64,000 nt of DNA from Octopus vulgaris (taxonomy: Eukaryota): positions 6,634,001 to 6,698,000 of the forward strand of contig OX597838.1 of the NCBI GenBank assembly GCA_951406725.2. The letters run 5' to 3'. The notes beneath the pieces were generated by a model. The model was not told the DNA's origin, did no database searches, and saw nothing but the letters and a program-made list of their open reading frames with translations. Within the stretch, counting starts at the first letter, position 1. Each line of letters begins with the position of its first letter. Shown piece after piece: positions 55,998 to 64,000 of this stretch. The position numbers were made by a program, and so were the translations under genes.

Positions 55998-56480
55998 GGC
56001 CACACAGCTAAATTGGAAACCATATAGCTTCAATTCAAGAAACTGAATAAATATTCAAATTATTTTCTAGCCCCATTACCTAAAATTCCATTTTGTGTCT
56101 CTCTCTTGGCAACTATTCTATAACTGTAATATTTTATTTTAATATTAATGCTTAAATTTTAAACGATCCCGTTCGTCTTAGAAACACATATCGAAAAAAT
56201 AAGGTTTGTATGCCGTTGTACACCAGCCACGTTCGTTTCAAAATGATTATTTATTTAAATATTCCTTGAACGGCCTACAAAAGATGCATGTTGTATCTCA
56301 CTGGATGGGATATATGAAGTGGGGTGGAATCGATTGACACAAATCATGTCATTAATAAATAAAATCCTTTGTTGGCGTTAACACACTCTTCTCTCAATTA
56401 TTTGTGCGTGATACATAATTAATATTCTACCTTTCATACTAATGCATACACACATACGCGCTAAATATATATAAATATAT

Positions 56481-56657
56481 AGGAGTGGCGTCGGGTGAGT
56501 AGCTTCCTTACTAACCACATGGTTTCGGTTCCGGGTTCAGAATAAGTACTAGGCTTAAAATGGAATAAGTTCTGGGGTCGAATTGTTCGACTAAAGGCGG
56601 TGCTCCAGCATGGCCGCAGTGAAATTAAAGAGTAAGCAAATAAAAGAGTAAAAGAGT
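56481..56657 (+). mobile_element. SINE family B with large internal deletion
   Basis: The head ...ttccgggttcag is joined directly to aataagtactaggctt; (TAAAAGAG) tail. Confidence 0.85.
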
Positions 56658-56703
56658 ATAGATTGACAGATACATAGATAAACATATATATATATATGAT
56701 ATA

Positions 56704-56742
<39 letters not shown>

Positions 56743-56990
56743 CACACACGTACGCCAAAAAATATAGAGTCAATTTTTGTACTTATCACTTCGTATAATA
56801 CACTTCAATGTAACATTGTGAAGTGAGATTAATTGAAGTCATGTGTAGTGTTAGCCTGTTTCAAGGCGGTTGTTTAAGGTTATAGTGAAATGTAGTATGA
56901 GTCTTCATACATATATATATATATATATATATATTCGTATGTATATATATATACACACACATATTTATGTATATACGTATATACATATAT

Positions 56991-57022
<32 letters not shown>

Positions 57023-57026
57023 CTAA

Positions 57027-57094
57027 GAAAGTGTATAGATGTATTCATATATACATATCTATAAATGTATATATATGTATATATATATATATAT

Positions 57095-57141
<47 letters not shown>

Positions 57142-57264
57142 CATACATATATATATATATATGTTTATATATATATATATGTATATATATATATGTATAC
57201 ATATATATACATATATATATATACATTTATAGATATGTATATATGAATACATTTATACACTTTC
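57027..57264. repeat. Inverted duplication within a (TA)n tract
   Basis: gaaagtgtatagatgtattcatatatacatatctataaatgtatat is mirrored at 57219-57264 with one mismatch. Confidence 0.9.
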
Positions 57265-57744
57265 ATATATATATATGCGTGTATATATATATATATATAT
57301 ATATATACATACATATGTTTGTATGTATGCATGTATGCATATATATATATATATATATATATATACAACTGTATATTTTATACATGATAAATTCCTTGTT
57401 TCGTACCACGAGATTGTTATTTCGTTTCCTTTCCCGCTATGAGATCGATTCTGTATAAAACGTACAAATTGTCATTCTTCGTATGTGGTCCTCATTTTCT
57501 TTGTCTGTTTTACCTAAAAAGTTTCCAAAAAATCTTTCCAGATTAATCAGCTATATTCATGTAGGAACACAAACCCCGCTGGAGGTTCACCGTTCCTCGT
57601 CGAATACAAAATAAAGAACTATGATATTAACAGCGTAGAAAACGCAATCAAGTCAAGAAAAAAAAATCAAGCAAATAATAATCACACTTACGAGAGAAAA
57701 ATTGTCAATTATGAAAATCATTTTGAAAAATTCGTTTATCGCAC

Positions 57745-57790
57745 CTCCCTAGGGTTTACAGGAAGAGTTCCTGATTGTTCGTCAGCTAAT
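57745..57790 (-). ncRNA. Decayed hammerhead-like motif
   Basis: CTGACGA-ACAAT-CAGGAA-CTC-TTCCTG-TAAA-CCCTAGGG. Core, hairpin II and palindromic stem III are present; GAAA, NUH and stem I are damaged. Confidence 0.4.
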
Positions 57791-58164
57791 TGTGTACGCC
57801 TGTGATGATGTCATTAGTTTTGATGACGTCACATTTCCTGATTTGTCCTAGTTTTTATCATGTCGATTTGGGAGTTTTTTTTTATTTTGAATTTTGTTTG
57901 AATATTTTCGTTTATTTTTTCTTTTGTTCTAGTTATTAAATTCTTCCCCTGATTCTGCTTTGATACTGAGCCACTATAAGGACCTTGTTTATTTCTTTTG
58001 CTACTAATACCTGGTTTGCTCTTTACAAATTTTTCTTTAAGCTTTTGCTCATCAAGGGGTGTTGATGATTCTCAATAAGATTATTTAGCTGCTGCTGCTA
58101 TTATTATTTCGAAGTTTATCGTAATTGACCTGATACCATTTTCCATCCAATACTTCCAATACGT

Positions 58165-58465
58165 GGGGGCGCAATAGCCTAGTAGTTAGGGCAGCGGACT
58201 CGCGGTTGTAGGATCGCGGTTTCGATTCTCAGACCGGGCGTTGTGAGTGTTAATTGAGCGAAAACATCAAAAAGCTCCACAAGGCTCCGGCAGGGGGTGG
58301 TGATCCTTCCTGTACTCTTTCACCACACTTTCTCCCACTCTTTCTTCTGTTGGCCTGCTCGCTTAGCCAGCGGGGTGGCGTCATTCGAAGGCTAAAAAAA
58401 TGCGTACGCATTGTGACCAGCGATATGTAAATACATCTGATGGACTGGTCGGTCACGTGATGGTG
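58165..58465 (+). mobile_element. SINE family C variant with alternative 3' module
   Basis: Same tRNA-like head and body as 47045-47433 up to about 58350, then an unrelated tail gcctgctcgcttagccagcggggtggcgtcattcgaagg...ggtcacgtga. Confidence 0.9.
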
Positions 58466-58750
58466 ATGGACTTCCAATACGCCTTGCTTCTTCTGTTGAA
58501 GAGTAAACCAATGCTATTATTGTTACAAATATTCAGCCCAAATAATCATCTTCCGAAATTCAACGGCCTGTGTTTTCTTTCTGCATGTATGTATACATAC
58601 CTATATATATATATATATGTATGTATACATACCTATATATATATATATAAATTAGCATTCTTTTCCAGCATGCTTGCTTCTACACATTCAGTGAAGCTTT
58701 ACTTAGCGTCGTACAGTTATCGACTGCTATTTCTAGCAAATACTGTATAT

Positions 58751-58807
<57 letters not shown>

Positions 58808-58816
<9 letters not shown>

Positions 58817-58882
58817 AAATAAATGGCACAACGAAGTACCGATAAATATCGGTACTTCGTTGTTCCATTTATTTACTTTTAT
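58808..58882. repeat. Hairpin palindrome with arms of about 36 bp abutting (TA)n
   Basis: gtaaataaatggcacaacgaagtaccgata-aa-tatcggtacttcgttgttccatttatttac. Confidence 0.92.
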
Positions 58883-58953
58883 GTATAATTTTACCCTCAC
58901 GGGCTATTTTCTTTATATGGAAAGCAATACTCTCGTATTGCATTACTATTTTC

Positions 58954-58999
<46 letters not shown>

Positions 59000-59170
59000 T
59001 TATTTGTGTGTTGTTTATCTTCATATGAGATCACCATGTCGCGGACATACGGTCGTGATGCATGTGCCTGGTGCACCCTTATCAGACGGGTAGTCATGAT
59101 GGACATACTGCGCTTCGTATATTTTACCCCAGTGTCAATTTCTTGGCATGCACTGCTCTCTCATGCAATG

Positions 59171-59201
<31 letters not shown>

Positions 59202-60046
59202 TGATGATGAAGATGTTGATGAAGGAATATATTGAAGATGAAGGATGACGAGGAGCAGGAGGTGGGAGGAGGAGGGGAACAAATTCAGAGAGAAGGAGGA
59301 GAAGCAGAAGAAGAAGTAGAAGAAGAAGAAGACGAAGAAGAAGGAGTAGGAGGAGGAGGAGGAGGAGGAGGAGGAGAAGGAGAAGTAGGGTAATAGTAGA
59401 AGAAGGAGGAGAATTTGTAGAAGAAGAACAAGAACAAGAATAAGATGAAGAACATGAAGAAGAACGGATAAATGAATGAATGATTGAAGGTAGATGATGA
59501 AACTGTCGTAACAACGATGATGATGATGATGATGTGTATTACTGTTATGCTAAAACTGACTTTGAAGAAGCATTTTTGGATTATGTAAACACTTTGATGA
59601 AGCAATCAACTAAATTGTTTCTTACCATCCAAATTCGAAGTAAACAAGAGTCCAAAGACAGGAATGACATCCTTGATGGGAATTCATATTTAAATTGTAG
59701 CCATAGATAAAGTGAAGTGTCTCAAGTATTCGCCACTTAATGTCTTAGCAACTGACAATATGAACATATAACGGTTCATGTAGAAATTGTTATTTATTTT
59801 TGGTATATTGTTGTAGTAAATAAGAAATGGACTAAAGCGTCTCTGGAATAATATTTGTTGCAACGTGAAGGCTGCGTGCTGGGAGAATCGTTAGTTTAGT
59901 GCGTCGGACAAAAAAAAGGCTTGGCGGCATTTCGTCCTTCTTGGCGTTCTGAAAATAAATTCCTCCTAGGTTCTCTTCATCTTTTATCCATCTCATATTT
60001 TTTGATTGATGATCCGGTCTTCTTCTGCTTCTCCTTTTTCTGCTTT

Positions 60047-60532
<486 letters not shown>

Positions 60533-60534
60533 TT

Positions 60535-60770
60535 AAGCGGTGAACAGTTAAAATCGTTAGAATACTGGGCAAAATGTTTGGCGGGATTTCGTCCGTCCTA
60601 GTGTTCTGAGCTCAAATTCGGGCGAGGTCGACTTTGACTGTGATCCGTTGGGTGGATGGGAGGAGGTAAGTTCTATAAAATAAGTACCAGTTAAACACTG
60701 GGGTCTATGTAATCGACTTACATCCGCCCAACCACAAACCTGCTGGCTGTGCGTCAAAATACTTTGAAGA
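60535..60770 (+). mobile_element. SINE family A, diverged
   Basis: gttctgagctcaaattcgggcgaggtcgactttg...taagtaccagttaaacactggggtc. Confidence 0.8.
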
Positions 60771-60775
60771 CATTG

Positions 60776-60937
60776 GTAGCAGCAGCAGCAGCAGCAGCAG
60801 CAGTAGTGGTAGTTGTAGTAGTAGTAGTAGTAGTGGTGATGGTAGTGGTGGTGGTGGTAGTAGTAGTAGTAGTAGTTGTTGTTGTTGTTGTTGTTGTTGT
60901 AGTAGTAGTAGTAGTAGTAGTTTTAGTAGTAATGGTG

Positions 60938-60969
<32 letters not shown>

Positions 60970-61120
60970 TGTTGTTGTTGTTGTTGTTGTAGTAGTAGTA
61001 GTAGTAGTTAGTAGTAATGGTGGTGGTGGTGGTAGTAGTAGTAGTAGTAGTTGTTGTTGTTGTTGTAGTGTTGTAGTAGTAGTAGTAGTAGTAGTAGTAG
61101 TTTTAGTAGTAATGGTGGTG

Positions 61121-61152
<32 letters not shown>

Positions 61153-61336
61153 TGTTGTTGTTGTTGTTGTAGTAGTAGTAGTAGTAGTAGTTTTAGTAGT
61201 AATGGTGGTGGTGGTGGTAGTAGTAGTAGTAGTAGTTGTTGTTGTTGTTGTAGTAGTAGTAGTAGTAGTAGTAGTAGTTTTAGTAGTAATGGTGGTGGTG
61301 GTGGTGGTAGTAGTAGTAGTAGTAGTTGTTGTTGTT

Positions 61337-61374
<38 letters not shown>

Positions 61375-61435
61375 TTTAGTAGTAATGGTGGTGGTGGTGG
61401 TGGTGGTAGTAGTAGTAGTAGTAGTTGTTGTTGTT

Positions 61436-61500
<65 letters not shown>
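60776..61500. repeat. Higher-order tandem repeat of about 90 bp built from GTN triplet runs
   Basis: Marker ttttagtagtaatg at 60921, about 61008 (variant), 61101, 61191, 61278 and 61374. Confidence 0.92.
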
Positions 61501-62039
61501 TACATTTGCTTAACCTACAGCTCGTATTATTTGTACGTTAGTTAATCAAAGCCTCAGCCATTCGTGTGTCTGTGTGCGCACGTGGCATTCAACTAACCAT
61601 TTTACTAACACAAAGATTTTGATGACACGAAACGTGGGAGTGATAATGGCCAGCGTGTACGTAAGAAAGTCTTCCACTTCCTAAGCCAAACAGTTGATCA
61701 TTTCCATTGATTTCACACCAATTATCTAATGCATCACTACTGCAAACAGTCATTCCTACCAGAGATCATCGATCTGCCATCCAATAGTTTTACTCCAAAA
61801 TCTGAATTGCTAATTAAGATCAGATCAGTTAAGCTTTTACCTGTCAATACCATATCCCCTGAGTAGTTTGCGTTCTGAAATTCTCCTTCGAGGTTTCAAA
61901 ATTTTTATATTTTCTTTTCCGTGTTAGAAAACAATATTTTATTGAATTTAATTTGCCTACAAAATCAGATATTGTCAAAAGAGAATTCTATATTTCTTTA
62001 GATAATTCTAATTATTGTGAAAATATCAAGCGGGAAAAG

Positions 62040-62525
62040 ACGATGAGTTGGCAGAATCTTTGGTACGTCGGATTGTTAGCGGAATCGTTAGCACACCGGG
62101 CAAAATGCTTAGCAGTATTTCGTTTGCCGCTACGTTCTGAGTTCAAATTCAACCGAGGTCGACTTTGCCTTTCATCCTTTCGGGATCGATTAAATAAGTA
62201 CCAGTTACGCACTGGGGTCGATATAATCGACTTAATCCGTTTGTCTGTCCTTGTTTGTCCTCTCTGTATTTAGCCCCTTGTGGGTAGTAAAGAAATAGGT
62301 ACTTAGTCTGGCTTAAGGCGGCGAGCTGGCAGAATCGGTAGCACACCGGGCAAAATGCTTAGCAGTATTTTGTTTGCCGCTACGTTCTGAGTTCAAATTC
62401 CGCCGAGGTCGACTTTGCCTTTCATTCTTTCGGGGTCGATTAAATAAGTACCAGTTACGCACTGGGGTCAATATAATCGACTTAATCCGTTTGTCTGTCC
62501 TTGTTTGTCCCCCCTGTGTTTAGTA
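62040..62525 (+). mobile_element. Tandem pair of young SINE family A copies (about 62082-62300 and 62316-62525) plus a head fragment
   Basis: Head ggcggcgagctggcagaatcg.tagcacaccgggc, B box gagttcaaattc and core gtcgactttgcctttcatcctttcggggtcgat; the two copies are nearly identical. Confidence 0.93.
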
Positions 62526-62526
62526 C

Positions 62527-62698
62527 CATCGTATATGTGTATATACGATGAGATTTATTCTTGCTACCAAATCCACTCTCAAGACCTTGGTCAATCGAGG
62601 GCTATATCAGAAGTCAAAAGTTCAGGATGCCACACAGTGGGTCTGAATTACAAACCATATGGCTGAAAATCAAATTTCTTACAACGCAGCCACTTCCG
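62527..62698 (-). mobile_element. Degenerate SINE family B 5' half
   Basis: ctaccaaatccactctcaagaccttggtc...atgccacacagtggg.ctgaa...cagccacttc. Confidence 0.7.
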
Positions 62699-62927
62699 TA
62701 CGTGAATTTTAGTGAAATTAGAAAATTTGAAATAACATTTCACTGTTATAAAAGTATTTATTTTCAATTAAATAAATGTATGTTTTGAAGCGTGGAGAAA
62801 AAGAAATTTTATAAAATATATAGTTTTTGAGTTCATGTTACGAAAGTAAAAAAGAAAAGAATGATAATTGGGTTACATGTGTCTAGAAACAAAAATATAT
62901 AAAATGTTTTACAATTAGAAATTAAAT

Positions 62928-63385
62928 TGGTTTCAAATTTTGACACCATGCCAGCAATTTCGAAGAGGGGAATATGTCGATATTATTGACTCTAGTGCTC
63001 AAGTGGTACTTCTTTTTTCGACTCCGAAAGGTTAAAAGGCAAAATAGACCTCAGCAGCATTTGAACACAAAACGTAGAGACAGACGAAATGCCTTTAATT
63101 ACAGTATTTTACCCGGCGTGCTAACGATTCCGCCAGCTTCTTGCCATACAAATTTTAATAATTTTGGTTTCAAATTTTGGCACAAGGCCGGCAGATTTGG
63201 AGTTGGATGCGTAAGTCGATTACATTAACCACAGTGCACAACTGGTTCTTATTGTATTGAGCCCAAAAGGAAGAAAGAAAAGTCAGCATCAGCGGGTTTT
63301 GAACTTAGAAATTAAAGACTGGAGAAATATGGCTAAGCATATCCACCCCACCCGGGCAAGCTAATAACACTGCCATCTTCCACCT
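62928..63385 (-). mobile_element. Two tandem old SINE family A copies (about 62928-63145 and 63165-63385)
   Basis: Both start ggtttcaaattttg.cac and contain the core and a tgctaac/gctaag head remnant. Confidence 0.8.
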
Positions 63386-63964
63386 TACAATTAGAAATTA
63401 TACAAAGAGGATTTACTAAGTTACGTCAGTCTATGAGGTTTTTATTTAATTTTTGGATATTTAGATCAGCGAAAGTAAATTAAGTTCTACGTAAATGAGA
63501 GATTGCGTTATAAAAATTCTACTTTGTGTAACAGACAATTACTTTTCAAATAAGGCAAAACATAACTTAATATTCTCAAGTGGTGAATAAATTGCAACTA
63601 TTAAAATTACTTACTGTCTATAAATGAAACATTTTATTGTTACTGAGCAAATTGAGGTAATTATAAATATGTGTGTATGTTATGTCACCGGACAATATTA
63701 CACTAAAACTATCCCTTGATATATTGTCCGCAAACACTTGATTCAATGATTCTATGAGAATAAAATAGGTGATTAAATTAAATATGAGTAATCTCCGTCG
63801 AAATCTTGTAAAAGTAACTGAATAAAGTTTTAGAAATATTTTCAGATAGAACAATACTAAATGGTTTATGGAGAGTAAACGCACCACAATGTGAGGCGGT
63901 ATTATACGATAAAATGGGATTAATGAGGTTAGATAAATGCTGAGTATATGTAATATAAGATAGA

Positions 63965-64000
<36 letters not shown>

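Noticed and set aside
60921-61400. CRISPR-like repeat-spacer array
   Set aside because: The intervening sequences are simple triplet runs rather than unique spacers, the context is eukaryotic, and there are no cas genes.

Overview
AT-rich, repeat-dominated eukaryotic non-coding DNA (intronic or intergenic). The SINE families and the density of (TA)n/(TAA)n/(GATA)n tracts suggest an octopus genome; this is an inference from recall, not a database match. I found no intact protein-coding gene. Most ORFs in the track are microsatellite translations, and the only real coding signals are decayed transposon genes. Contents: (1) more than 30 copies of at least four tRNA-type SINE families; (2) two fused, decayed R4/Dong-like RT + REL-endonuclease LINEs (about 40.2-43.7 kb, minus strand); (3) a Tc1/mariner transposase relic, four pogo/Tigger-like MITEs, a hAT-like MITE and an unclassified 25-bp-TIR MITE; (4) compound microsatellites and several fold-back palindromes. 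The most interesting signal is about ten type-I minimal hammerhead ribozyme motifs from about six sequence families. They lie in short Penelope pLTR-like cassettes, most of them inside or next to (TA)n microsatellites. One copy is nearly canonical (14569-14617), one pair forms a palindrome (17416-17563), and one family has a recurrent non-canonical CUGUNGA core. Motifs were aligned and folded by eye, and the boundaries of old elements are approximate.
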